Source of the DNA: Candidatus Electronema halotolerans
Lineage (GTDB): Bacteria > Desulfobacterota > Desulfobulbia > Desulfobulbales > Desulfobulbaceae
Direction: 5' to 3'
NCBI GenBank assembly: GCA_942493095.1
Contig: OW818675.1
Span: 2,850,001 to 2,882,000, forward strand
Length of the DNA: 32,000 bases
Below the pieces are notes generated by a model, which made no database searches, was not told the DNA's origin, and worked only from the letters and a program-made list of their open reading frames with translations. Both the position numbers and the translations under genes were made by a program. Shown one piece after another: positions 1 through 8,426 of this stretch. Positions within the stretch are counted from its first letter, which is position 1. Each line of letters opens with the position of its first letter.

Positions 1-1
1 T

Positions 2-421
2 GCGGCCATTGGCGCGAAAATCGCCTTCCCGGACAAGACCGTCATCGACATTGCCGGTGACGGCTCCATCCAGATGAACATTCAGGAGCTTGCCACAGCC
101 AAGCAGTACGGCGCGGCAGTCAAGGTGGCGATTCTCAACAACAACTATCTGGGCATGGTCCGCCAGTGGCAGGAGCTGTTCTACAACAAACGCTATTCCG
201 GCACCCCGATGGAAGTCACGCCGGACTTTGTTGAGCTGGCCAAAGCGTATGGGGCAGTCGGTCTGCGGGCCAAAACCAAGAGCGAGGTTGAGCCGGTGAT
301 CAAAGAGGCTATGGCCATCAAAGATCAGGTGGTGATCATGGACTTTGCCATCAAGCGCGAAGAGTGTGTTTTCCCGATGATCCCGGCTGGACGGTCAACC
401 ACCGAGATGCTGCTGGCCTAA
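2..421 (+). CDS. ilvB: acetolactate synthase large (catalytic) subunit, C-terminal fragment; the 5' end lies outside the window
   Basis: The frame is open from nt 2. The translation AAIGAKIAFPDKTVIDIAGDGSIQMN...NNNYLGMVRQWQELFY has the ThDP-binding GDGS..MN / NN..LGMV motifs of ALS large subunits. The small-subunit gene follows 37 nt later. Confidence 0.9.
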   Translation, partial: AAIGAKIAFPDKTVIDIAGDGSIQMNIQELATAKQYGAAVKVAILNNNYLGMVRQWQELFYNKRYSGTPMEVTPDFVELAKAYGAVGLRAKTKSEVEPVIKEAMAIKDQVVIMDFAIKREECVFPMIPAGRSTTEMLLA

Positions 422-458
422 CCCATTTTTCTCAGGAACTCCTGCAAGGATTGACGCA

Positions 459-944
459 ATGATGAAACATACTCTTTCTGTTCTTCTTCGCAACAAGCCC
501 GGCGCGCTGTCGCGGGTGACTGGCCTGTTCAGCGGGCGCGGCTTCAACATCGAGAGCCTCTGCGTGGCCGTGACCCTTGACCCGCAGGTGTCAAGCCTGA
601 CTTTAGTGACACGGGGCAGCGACGCGATCATCGAGCAGATCATCAAGCAGCTCCACAAATTGATTGATGTCATCAAGGTGACGGATATCAGCGAGGGCGA
701 ATATGTGGAGCGCGAAATGGTGCTGATCCGGGTCAAGGCCGAGGCTGGCACCAGAGCCGAGGTGCTGCGGGTGATTGACATCTTCCGGGGCAAGGTGGTG
801 GATGTCAGCCCGACTTCCTATGCAGTGGAAGTCACTGGCTCAGAGTCCAAGATCAGGGCGGTGATCGACATTCTCCGGCCCATTGGCATCAAAGAGGTGG
901 TCCGCACCGGCACCATTGCCATGGCCCGCGCTCCGAAAAAGTAG
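459..944 (+). CDS. ilvN: acetolactate synthase small (regulatory) subunit, ACT domain
   Basis: 161 aa. The N-terminus HTLSVLLRNKPGALSRVTGLFSGRGFNIESL is the canonical ACT-domain start of IlvN/IlvH. It sits immediately downstream of ilvB. Confidence 0.9.
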   Translation: MMKHTLSVLLRNKPGALSRVTGLFSGRGFNIESLCVAVTLDPQVSSLTLVTRGSDAIIEQIIKQLHKLIDVIKVTDISEGEYVEREMVLIRVKAEAGTRAEVLRVIDIFRGKVVDVSPTSYAVEVTGSESKIRAVIDILRPIGIKEVVRTGTIAMARAPKK

Positions 945-977
945 CTGGGCAAACTATGCTCACAGCCCTTTCACAGG

Positions 978-1009
978 AGGCATGACAGGCGGTCATGCCT
1001 CTTTTTTTC
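978..1009 (+). terminator. rho-independent terminator after ilvN
   Basis: Stem AGGCATGAC (978-986) pairs with GTCATGCCT (992-1000) around a 5-nt loop. A C plus T7 run (1001-1008) follows. Confidence 0.65.
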
Positions 1010-1029
1010 TTTTTATCAAAGCATGTTGA

Positions 1030-1683
1030 ATGAAAACATCTGAATTTTCCATAGCCAAAGAAGGCATTCCCTTCATCCTTCTCTGCGCCTTCATCGCCCT
1101 GATTTGCAGCATTCTTCAATACAAGCACGCCGGACTGGGGGCATTGCTGGCCACCATTTTTGTCACCTATTTTTTCCGCGATCCAGACCGGATCCTGCCG
1201 GACGAGCAGAACGCCATAGTTTCGCCTGCGGACGGCAAGGTCATCCTGGTGGAGGAAATTTTTGACGACCGTTTTCTCAAGAAAAATGTGCTCAAAATTT
1301 CCATTTTCATGAATGTCTTCGATGTCCATGTCAACCGCATTCCCTTGGCTGGCACGGTGCGGCGGATTATTTTTCAGCCGGGCCGCTTTTACGCTGCTGA
1401 CAAGGACAAGGCCGTCTTGCACAATGAATACTGCGCCGTCATTGTCAGCCCTGCTTCCGGGCAGGAATACGCTGTGGTGCAGATTGCCGGGCTGATCGCC
1501 CGCCGCATCTTATGCCGGGCCGAGCCGGGAGATCAGCTCAAGACTGGGGAACGCTTTGGCCTGATCCGTTTCGGTTCGCGGGTGGATCTGTATCTGCCGC
1601 AAGGGACAGCAGCGGCGGTGCAGGTTGGGGATAAAGTCAGAGCTGGGGAAACGGTGCTGGCGCGGATGGAAGGAACAGTTTGA
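1030..1683 (+). CDS. psd: phosphatidylserine decarboxylase proenzyme (short form)
   Basis: 217 aa with an N-terminal TM segment. It has FMNVFDVHVNRIPLAG and the FGSR self-cleavage (G-S) site typical of short-form PSD. Confidence 0.85.
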   Translation: MKTSEFSIAKEGIPFILLCAFIALICSILQYKHAGLGALLATIFVTYFFRDPDRILPDEQNAIVSPADGKVILVEEIFDDRFLKKNVLKISIFMNVFDVHVNRIPLAGTVRRIIFQPGRFYAADKDKAVLHNEYCAVIVSPASGQEYAVVQIAGLIARRILCRAEPGDQLKTGERFGLIRFGSRVDLYLPQGTAAAVQVGDKVRAGETVLARMEGTV

Positions 1684-1839
1684 TCGTTGCAGGCATATTC
1701 AGGCATCACAGCACCTTGTCTGCTGCCTGAGGCATGAGCTGACAAGCCGGTTGATGCTCACGCCGGACTCAGCAGCTCATGTTACACAGCATTCCTGTCT
1801 TGCAAACAAAAATGCTGTGCATCTGTTGACCTGACTGCT

Positions 1840-4128
1840 TCAGCTTTCAGCATCATCCTGCTTCAGCATGAGCGGCTTATATTCCCGGGCACCCTGCATT
1901 TCATGATTATACTGGATGATATCCCAGCCATACGTGTTGGCAGCCCGCAGACAGATATGCAGTATGGCGCGTTTGATGCCGTCATACTTCAAGGCCAGTT
2001 CAGGAGCCGCCTGTATCCAGACCATGAACTTCATGGATTTTTCATCCAATGCTCCCAATTCGATCCACGGATTGTCAATGTCAATAATATGCTCCGCATA
2101 GGGCAATTTTTTGAGTTCCTCACATAAAAACGGAGTGAGTTTGTCAACAATTTCCTGATACTCTCTATGCTGATAGGACACATGGAAATTAATGCCTGCC
2201 CAGAACGGCGTTGCCAGACTCAGCAAAGTGCTGTTCGTGAACGTGCTGGTGGGCATGTATTCATCCATATTGCAGCCGTACCAGTCAAGTTTGACATACT
2301 GCGGCGAGATCATCAGCACTTTGCGCATGATGCTCCCGTTGATCAGCACCACATCACCGACTTTGCAGGGGAACCAGACCACTGTTTGCTCATCGTAAGG
2401 ATTTGAACGCATGCCGACCAAATCTTTCAAAGGCAGCCGCAGGGTGCCGCCGCAGGTGAGCAACGGATTTTTCAGATAACTGTAAACTCCCATCATTTCG
2501 ACTCGATAGGGCAGGCCGTCAACCATGACCGCTTCGCCGTGCCGGACCGGGCCAAATCCAAGCAGCAGTTTGATTTGGTCTGCAAACTCTGGCAGGGTGT
2601 TTTTGGCTCCCCAGATGATGCCGAAGACAAGCAGTAGGACTACCGCTAAAATCAACCAGTCGCCAGAGGTGAAGAGGACGGCAACCAGCCCGCCGGTAGC
2701 GACAAGAATGGCGAGCGCATAAAACATGACATCCACCAAGTTGGCCCAGAACATGTACTTGGGCGACTTGTGGAACGGACTGATCTTCCAGATGATGCGC
2801 TGAAGCAAGCGGAAGGCTAAATAGATGCCGACAAAGGCCAGCAGGGCGAAGAACATGCTCTTGCCCCGGTGCTTGACAAAGGACTCAAAAAAGACCTTGA
2901 AAGAAGACAGCAGCGACTTGCGCTCGTTTTCTAACTGAAGGAGCTGATTCTTGTTCGCCTCCAGTCGGGTGGCAAACTCTTTTTCGAGCTGATCCCAGTA
3001 GTCTTTCCACGACTCAAGCCGCTCTTTGACCTTCTGATCGTCAGTCTTTTCCAAAAACTTGGCAAGGTCTGCGGAAGCCTGCCGCACCTGCGGAAGGCGT
3101 TTTTCCAAATAGGCAATGTCACTGCGGAGCCGCTCCATCTGCCTCGGTCGCTCCGTGGTCTCCTTCAGTTCGACAATGATGGGTGAGAAGATTTCCTTCA
3201 GCTCTTTATCCCATTCAACGTCCTTGCCTTCTTTTTTAAGAAAGGAGTTGTAATCAATGCCGGTAGTGAGCACAGAAAAATCATTTTTCGCCTTATTCAG
3301 CCGTTCGTTCAGCTCAGTGATGTATTCAGAAATATTTTTCTTTTGCTCTTCCGAACCAGCATTTTTCAACTTCTGCTCATAGGTTTTAAGCTCTCCTGTG
3401 ATCGTCTCAATAGACTTGGTCATCTCAGCAAGAGTGACGATCTTTTTGGAAAACAGTGCCTGATTCATCAACCTCTCGCTGATGATTTCAGCATCATCGC
3501 CTTCATATCCGGCTTCCTGTAAGGCACGAGCAACCTGTTCGGTTTTGCTGCCGTCAACGCCCTCCATGATCTGCGCAAGCTGATGTGCATTTTTTTTGAG
3601 CTTATTGCGCTGCTGCCGGATATCTTTGGCTATTTTGCTTCTTTCCTCCTCGATCTGCGTTTTTTCCAGCAGCTCCTCCTGCGTCTTGATTTCCGTCTCA
3701 GCTTTGTCAACGGCCAAGGCGACCGGAGCCGCCGCTTTGACGGCCTGCGCCAGCTTGATGTCCTCTTGGACAATATTGAGCACGGTGCCAATCTCGTCAG
3801 CACTTAGTCCAGCGGTTTTGAGGGCTTCGGTCAGGCTGGCTTCTGAAAAGTCCTTATCCTTCAGCTCGCTGACTTGAGCAAACTTCTCCTCATCCAGCCG
3901 TTCTTCCAGATCAGCGACAATGCTGTCCTTCAGTTTAAACAGATTATCTTGCGTCTGGGGAGGCTGCTCCGCCGCAGGAGCTGCATTATCCAGCACAGAC
4001 TGCTGTTCCGCAACTACAGGTTCATCCTGCTGCAGCGCATTCTCCTGCCCTGCGGCCTGATATGCTGTGACAAGGAAGAAAAATCCCAGCACAGCAACCG
4101 ACAATGCAATGGTTTTCTTGATTTTCAT
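1840..4128 (-). CDS. large MscS-family mechanosensitive-channel-like membrane protein with signal peptide and a long N-terminal coiled-coil domain
   Basis: I place the start at the internal ATG 4126-4128 (MKIKKTIALSVAVLGFFFLV..., signal-like), preceded by AGGAG. The central part is K/E/Q-rich helical repeats. The C-terminal TM bundle is followed by KVGDVVLINGSIMRKVLMISPQYVKLDW...MPTSTFTNSTLLSL, which resembles the MscS beta-domain pattern (vGD.V.i.g..G.V..I....t.L...d....iPN). Confidence 0.6.
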   Translation of the reverse strand: MKIKKTIALSVAVLGFFFLVTAYQAAGQENALQQDEPVVAEQQSVLDNAAPAAEQPPQTQDNLFKLKDSIVADLEERLDEEKFAQVSELKDKDFSEASLTEALKTAGLSADEIGTVLNIVQEDIKLAQAVKAAAPVALAVDKAETEIKTQEELLEKTQIEEERSKIAKDIRQQRNKLKKNAHQLAQIMEGVDGSKTEQVARALQEAGYEGDDAEIISERLMNQALFSKKIVTLAEMTKSIETITGELKTYEQKLKNAGSEEQKKNISEYITELNERLNKAKNDFSVLTTGIDYNSFLKKEGKDVEWDKELKEIFSPIIVELKETTERPRQMERLRSDIAYLEKRLPQVRQASADLAKFLEKTDDQKVKERLESWKDYWDQLEKEFATRLEANKNQLLQLENERKSLLSSFKVFFESFVKHRGKSMFFALLAFVGIYLAFRLLQRIIWKISPFHKSPKYMFWANLVDVMFYALAILVATGGLVAVLFTSGDWLILAVVLLLVFGIIWGAKNTLPEFADQIKLLLGFGPVRHGEAVMVDGLPYRVEMMGVYSYLKNPLLTCGGTLRLPLKDLVGMRSNPYDEQTVVWFPCKVGDVVLINGSIMRKVLMISPQYVKLDWYGCNMDEYMPTSTFTNSTLLSLATPFWAGINFHVSYQHREYQEIVDKLTPFLCEELKKLPYAEHIIDIDNPWIELGALDEKSMKFMVWIQAAPELALKYDGIKRAILHICLRAANTYGWDIIQYNHEMQGAREYKPLMLKQDDAES

Positions 4129-4214
4129 CAAAAACTCCTGTGGAAAAATTGTTGACATGTTTTCTAAAAGACTCCTTTTCAGGATAGCACAAAGAAAGAA
4201 TGTTCCGCAACACA

Positions 4215-5036
4215 TTATATCCGTTTATCGCAGGTTATGACCGCAATGGCGGAGTGATTGTGAATGGATTCGACATTTTCTGACTCAATCGCATAGGCGA
4301 CGATGCGGTCATCCTGATTGAGCCGGACAGCAATATCCCGGACGATGTCCTCAACAAATTTTGGATTTTCATACGCCTTTTCCGTGACATATTTCTCGTC
4401 AGGCCGCTTGAGTATGCCATAGACTTCACAGGAGCCTGCCTGCTCAATGATTTTGATGATCTCCTCGATCCAGACAAAGCGTTTTATTTCCACGGTAACA
4501 GTGACATAAGAACGCTGATTGTGCGCGCCATAGCAGGAAATTTCCTTTGAGCAGGGACAGAGACTGGTGACAGGAACGACTGTTTTAACAAAAATCGCAT
4601 ATCTGCCATCAATCAGCTCGCCCATCAAGGTCACTTTATAATCCATCATGCTGCTTATGCCGGACACAGGCGCATTTTTCTTGATGAAGTAGCGGAAGGA
4701 CAATTCAAGATAAGCGTCTCTGGCATGAAGCATTTCCGTCATTTTTGACAAGGTCTCCTTGAGCGACTGCAAGGTGACGGCAAATTCTTCCGCATTCAGG
4801 ATTTCAGCAAAGCGCGACATGTGGGTGCCTTTGAAATCGCTGGGCAAGTTGACATACATGCTGCACTCGGCAACCGTGTGCTGTCCCTTGTTGAGCCGGT
4901 CTTGGACATAGACTGGCAGGCGGAAATTTTTAATGCCGACCTTGTTGATCGCGATGCCTCTCGAATCTCCCATATTTTGAATATCAGGAAGACTTTCTGT
5001 CGTCATGCGGGGAAGTGCCATTTTTTTCGTTGTCAA
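4215..5036 (-). CDS. folE2: GTP cyclohydrolase I type 2 (FolE2/MptA family)
   Basis: 273 aa. Motifs: [41 protein letters not shown], which are hallmarks of GTP cyclohydrolase IB. Confidence 0.85.
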   Translation of the reverse strand: MTTKKMALPRMTTESLPDIQNMGDSRGIAINKVGIKNFRLPVYVQDRLNKGQHTVAECSMYVNLPSDFKGTHMSRFAEILNAEEFAVTLQSLKETLSKMTEMLHARDAYLELSFRYFIKKNAPVSGISSMMDYKVTLMGELIDGRYAIFVKTVVPVTSLCPCSKEISCYGAHNQRSYVTVTVEIKRFVWIEEIIKIIEQAGSCEVYGILKRPDEKYVTEKAYENPKFVEDIVRDIAVRLNQDDRIVAYAIESENVESIHNHSAIAVITCDKRI

Positions 5037-5078
5037 GACAGATGTTATCTGATGAAGAAAACAAGATAAATTCCTGCT

Positions 5079-5462
5079 TCAATATATCAAATCAGGGTCA
5101 AGTTCAAGAGCGTACTTTCTGACAAAATAACGTTGATAAAAATCTTTATGCACCACTTTTCCATTCCACGCAATGATATCCAGATCAATTGTCCTTGGAG
5201 TAAACTTGTCTTTACTGCGGATTCTACCCAATTGTGACTCAACCTTTTTTAAAAAAAGATTGAAGTTTTCTTCATGGTAAAAGGTGCCCACTTTGAAAGC
5301 GCAATTAAGATAATCAGGCTGAGGAACATCACCTATGGCTTTTGTTCGGGTAATTGATGATGCCAACAAAAAGGTGTGCTCTTGAGCAATCAACCTGTTT
5401 GCTTGAGAAATGTTGTATTCAGGCTCAATGTTTGAGCCGACATCAATGATGACAATGTTCAT
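5079..5462 (-). CDS. folK: short 6-hydroxymethyl-7,8-dihydropterin pyrophosphokinase (HPPK)-like protein
   Basis: 127 aa. VGSNIEPEYNI...QPDYLNCAF...GRIRSKDKFTPRTIDLDII aligns with the E. coli FolK pattern IGSN...QPDYLNAA...GR.R...WGPRTLDLDI. The C-terminus is shorter than in classical 160-aa HPPK. Confidence 0.7.
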   Translation of the reverse strand: MNIVIIDVGSNIEPEYNISQANRLIAQEHTFLLASSITRTKAIGDVPQPDYLNCAFKVGTFYHEENFNLFLKKVESQLGRIRSKDKFTPRTIDLDIIAWNGKVVHKDFYQRYFVRKYALELDPDLIY

Positions 5463-5470
5463 GCTGCTCC

Positions 5471-5821
5471 TTAGTCTGTGGAAATTTCAATGCCAACAGA
5501 ATCACTGTAACGCAACGCCCCTGGTTTTTCCACTTTGACACGCGCCTTGAGAACTAAAGTATTTTCAGTGATAATATGCATGATTCTGGCAGAAAGTGCT
5601 TCCAAGAGATGATAAGATGATTCTTCAACTTCACGGATAATATGTTTAGTCAATGTCTTATAATTAAAAGCATCTTCTATTTTATCTGTTCTGGAGGCTT
5701 TTTCTGCATTATATTCAATGCAGATATTGATTACCACATCTTGCTTGACTGAGCGCTCCCAGTCATTTATGCCAATAATTGCACGTAATCTCAAGTTAGT
5801 TATATGAACAACTGTTTTCAT
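5471..5821 (-). CDS. folB: dihydroneopterin aldolase family protein (FolB; the FolX epimerase paralogue cannot be excluded)
   Basis: 116 aa. The pattern ...LRLRAIIGINDWERSVKQDVVINI...VKVEKPGAL matches the FolB/FolX fold pattern (IG....E......v.i......v.v.KP.a). Confidence 0.7.
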   Translation of the reverse strand: MKTVVHITNLRLRAIIGINDWERSVKQDVVINICIEYNAEKASRTDKIEDAFNYKTLTKHIIREVEESSYHLLEALSARIMHIITENTLVLKARVKVEKPGALRYSDSVGIEISTD

Positions 5822-5835
5822 AATCTGCCCCCTTT

Positions 5836-6594
5836 CTATTTATTGATATACGGACTATGGAACATTTCCAAGCTCTTCCCTGTGCAGTTCACCGAATCTC
5901 CACCATCCACGAAGAAAACCTGACCAGTTATAAAATCATTTTTTATGATATGCAGCAGCGTTTGTGTAATATTTTTTACACTCCCTTGTCTTTTTAAAGG
6001 TATTTCTTCGATTCTTTTCAATATGTTTTCCGTATCTCCTGCAACTGGAGGGAGAATGAATCCTGGAGAAATTCCATTAACACGTATGTACGGCGCAAGC
6101 TCAAGAGCAGCAGATTGAGTCAACTTTTCCAAAGCTGTTTTCGTCAGAAGATATGACATATAATGATAACTGTTAAATTTTGTCATCTTGTCTATAATAT
6201 TAACTATATTTCCATCTTTGCATCGTTTTGCAAATTCTTTGCTTAAAAAAAATGGCACCCTTAGATTAAGGGCAAATTGCGAGTCAAAAATATCATAATC
6301 TGTCTCTATTAAAGATGCTTTTTTGTATTCTGAAGCAGAATTGACCAAAAGATTAAGATACGGAAATGCAGCATAAACTTGCTCCATAAATTTGTCAAGA
6401 TGGACACACTTCAAGTCGGCATGAAACAAAAGGCATTTCTGACCGTAACTTTTTATAATATCAGCTACTTCCTTGGCATCGTTTTGAGATGAATGATAAT
6501 GGAGAGCTATGTCAAACCCATATTTGGCAAGAGCTAATGTCATCGCCCTTCCTAATCTGACCGCTCCACCCGTAACCAAAGCTGCTTGTTTCAT
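5836..6594 (-). CDS. short-chain dehydrogenase/reductase of the pteridine reductase / FolM type
   Basis: I place the start at ATG 6592-6594 (MKQAALVTGG...). The cofactor motif is TGGAVRLG, i.e. TGxxxRxG as in FolM/PTR1 rather than the classical TGxxxGxG. The catalytic YLLTK (YxxxK) is present. It lies inside the pterin gene cassette. Confidence 0.65.
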   Translation of the reverse strand: MKQAALVTGGAVRLGRAMTLALAKYGFDIALHYHSSQNDAKEVADIIKSYGQKCLLFHADLKCVHLDKFMEQVYAAFPYLNLLVNSASEYKKASLIETDYDIFDSQFALNLRVPFFLSKEFAKRCKDGNIVNIIDKMTKFNSYHYMSYLLTKTALEKLTQSAALELAPYIRVNGISPGFILPPVAGDTENILKRIEEIPLKRQGSVKNITQTLLHIIKNDFITGQVFFVDGGDSVNCTGKSLEMFHSPYINK

Positions 6595-6610
6595 TGTGTC
6601 ATAGAGTTTT

Positions 6611-7477
6611 TTAAATAATATACAATGCGCTGGCCCAACCGACAAGGCTCAAGATTACATAGACAGCCAGTCCGGCTGTCAGCAAGGCCAAAGTCACCTG
6701 TCTTGTCCGGCCCGCCGCAGGCAGGAGGAGCAGCAGGCTGGTCAGGACTGCCGGAACGGCTGCTCCAGCCCAGAAGGCGGGCAGAAGGCGGAGCAGTTCT
6801 TGCAGGCCAACGAAGAACCACGGTCCGCCGATATGGAGCAGGCCAAAGCGTTCCGGCTCCAGCGGGGTGCTGAGGACAGCCGCTGCCCCCAGAAGCAGGA
6901 GCACAAGGAGGACATGGTTGCGCCAGAGCGCGCTGTAGCGTTTGAGATGCGGCCAGAGGCAGAAGCCGCCCAGCAGCATCAGCCCGGCAAGGTGATGCAG
7001 ATAGACCTTCTGCACCCCTGCCGCGCTGACATCAAAGAGGAGTTTGTTCAGCGGCCTGCCGAGCAGAGGGATGGAAAGGACAATGTTTTCGGCAATTGCT
7101 CCGGCTGCCGCGCCAGTGGCATCGTCCCGGAGGATATAGCCAGTGAAAAGAAGCAAAAGGCTGACTGGCGCAATTGCGCTCAGGCGCAGCCACGCCGTCT
7201 GGCTGAACTGAGTACTGTTTTCCCAGATAACTACAGCAAAATGGACCAGCAGGAGGAGAAAAAATACTTGGCTGGAATAATAATGCAGCGAACGCCAGAA
7301 AAAACCAAAGGGCGCAGTGAGCTGGATGGTTGCGGTGGAATAGAAGGGTTCTGCCGGATTGTATTGCAGGCCCAGCACCAAGCCGGAGAACAGGGAAATA
7401 TAGAGGCTGATCAGCGCATGGCCGCCCCAGCGCACTGAAAGAAGCCAGTTTTTCACTGCCAAGAACCGCTCGCGCAT
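6611..7477 (-). CDS. cytochrome b-type subunit of a Rieske/cytochrome b complex (b plus a short subunit-IV-like tail)
   Basis: I place the start at ATG 7475-7477 (MRERFLAV...), which overlaps the Rieske stop as ATGA. Haem-ligand spacing reads H-x13-H (RSLHYYSSQVFFLLLLVH) and H-x14-H (HLAGLMLLGGFCLWPH). A PWFF.GLQELLR segment sits where PEWY normally occurs. About 8 TM segments. Confidence 0.75.
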   Translation of the reverse strand: MRERFLAVKNWLLSVRWGGHALISLYISLFSGLVLGLQYNPAEPFYSTATIQLTAPFGFFWRSLHYYSSQVFFLLLLVHFAVVIWENSTQFSQTAWLRLSAIAPVSLLLLFTGYILRDDATGAAAGAIAENIVLSIPLLGRPLNKLLFDVSAAGVQKVYLHHLAGLMLLGGFCLWPHLKRYSALWRNHVLLVLLLLGAAAVLSTPLEPERFGLLHIGGPWFFVGLQELLRLLPAFWAGAAVPAVLTSLLLLLPAAGRTRQVTLALLTAGLAVYVILSLVGWASALYII

Positions 7478-7956
7478 CAAACCGTCACCACGTAGCCGGT
7501 CACACTGCCGTTTTCGTCTTTCTGCACTTCCACAGGAAAAACTGGCAGATTTCGTTGCGCAGGCCCGGCCAGCCGCTCGCCCTGCGGGGTGAAGCGGCTC
7601 TGATGGCAAGGGCATTCGATGAGCTGCTTGTCTTCGAGGAAGTTGACCCGGCAGCCGAGATGGGTGCAGGTGCGCGACACTGCCCACGCCTTGCTGCGGT
7701 CTGTTCGTTCCGCAAAGAGAAAAAAATCCCGTTCAGCATGAACTCCGCTGCGCGGCAGGGGCGCGGCGATTTTCACATAGCGCGGCTCAGATTTGCGTGT
7801 GTGCCCGGTGAATTTGAGCAAAGGATGAATAAGCGCAATGCCGCTCAGGGCAGCGGCCCAGTGGAGAATGTCCGTCAGAATCCGGCGGCGGTCAGAGGAG
7901 GCAGGACAACGCATGAGATCGCTTCTTGTATAAAAGATGGGGCGGCTGTCAGCCAA
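7477..7956 (-). CDS. Rieske [2Fe-2S] protein
   Basis: CTHLGC (box I) and CPCHQS (box II) are present. The N-terminus has SDRRRIL (Tat-like) followed by a hydrophobic helix. Confidence 0.85.
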   Translation of the reverse strand: MADSRPIFYTRSDLMRCPASSDRRRILTDILHWAAALSGIALIHPLLKFTGHTRKSEPRYVKIAAPLPRSGVHAERDFFLFAERTDRSKAWAVSRTCTHLGCRVNFLEDKQLIECPCHQSRFTPQGERLAGPAQRNLPVFPVEVQKDENGSVTGYVVTV

Positions 7957-7985
7957 CTTTGCTTCTGCATCCGCCCCAAACTTTT

Positions 7986-8228
7986 CTATTTGGATTTATT
8001 GTGCTCTCTGCTGACAAAAAAGACAATCCATGCCGAATATGCTAAAGCAGATACGCCGAGTATGCCAAAAAATACCAATGCTTCTACAGAAGCTGAAGAG
8101 AATTTTGCAGCACCGAAAAGCAGAACTATTGGCACTGACAAAGCGACTATTGCGATAGCCAAGGAGGGATTTTTTACAAAATACGGAAACAATTCAGCAG
8201 CCTGCCTAATCTCAACTTTCATGATCAT
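7986..8228 (-). CDS. small hypothetical membrane protein (2 predicted TM helices)
   Basis: 80-aa ORF in an AT-rich islet, 29 nt upstream of the Rieske gene on the same strand. It has two hydrophobic stretches (LAIAIVALSVPIVLLFG and VFFGILGVSALAYSAWIVFFV). I recognise no family. Confidence 0.4.
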   Translation of the reverse strand: MIMKVEIRQAAELFPYFVKNPSLAIAIVALSVPIVLLFGAAKFSSASVEALVFFGILGVSALAYSAWIVFFVSREHNKSK

Positions 8229-8426
8229 AACTCCTTGTTAAGGCTAAAAATACCCTGTTATCCCAACGTAAAATTACGTTGAGACAGTGAAGGAAGGGCA
8301 TTTTAGCTAACTATGCGCTATGTCATTTTGTGTATCCGTATAAATGAATGATAGTGACTCATTTTACATCAATCACTCCTGATTCGTCAATATTTAAGCT
8401 ATGGCCTCATAGCCTTTCTGCTCTGC

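Noticed and set aside
4129-4215. 29-codon upstream extension of the MscS-like ORF reaching the folE2 stop
   Set aside because: The internal ATG at 4128 has an AGGAG SD and starts a typical signal peptide. The extension ([12 protein letters not shown]...) has neither.
7478-7687. 70-codon N-terminal extension of the cytochrome b ORF
   Set aside because: It overlaps the Rieske gene out of frame and is Pro/Arg/Ala-rich. The ATGA start/stop overlap at 7475-7479 gives a standard coupled start.
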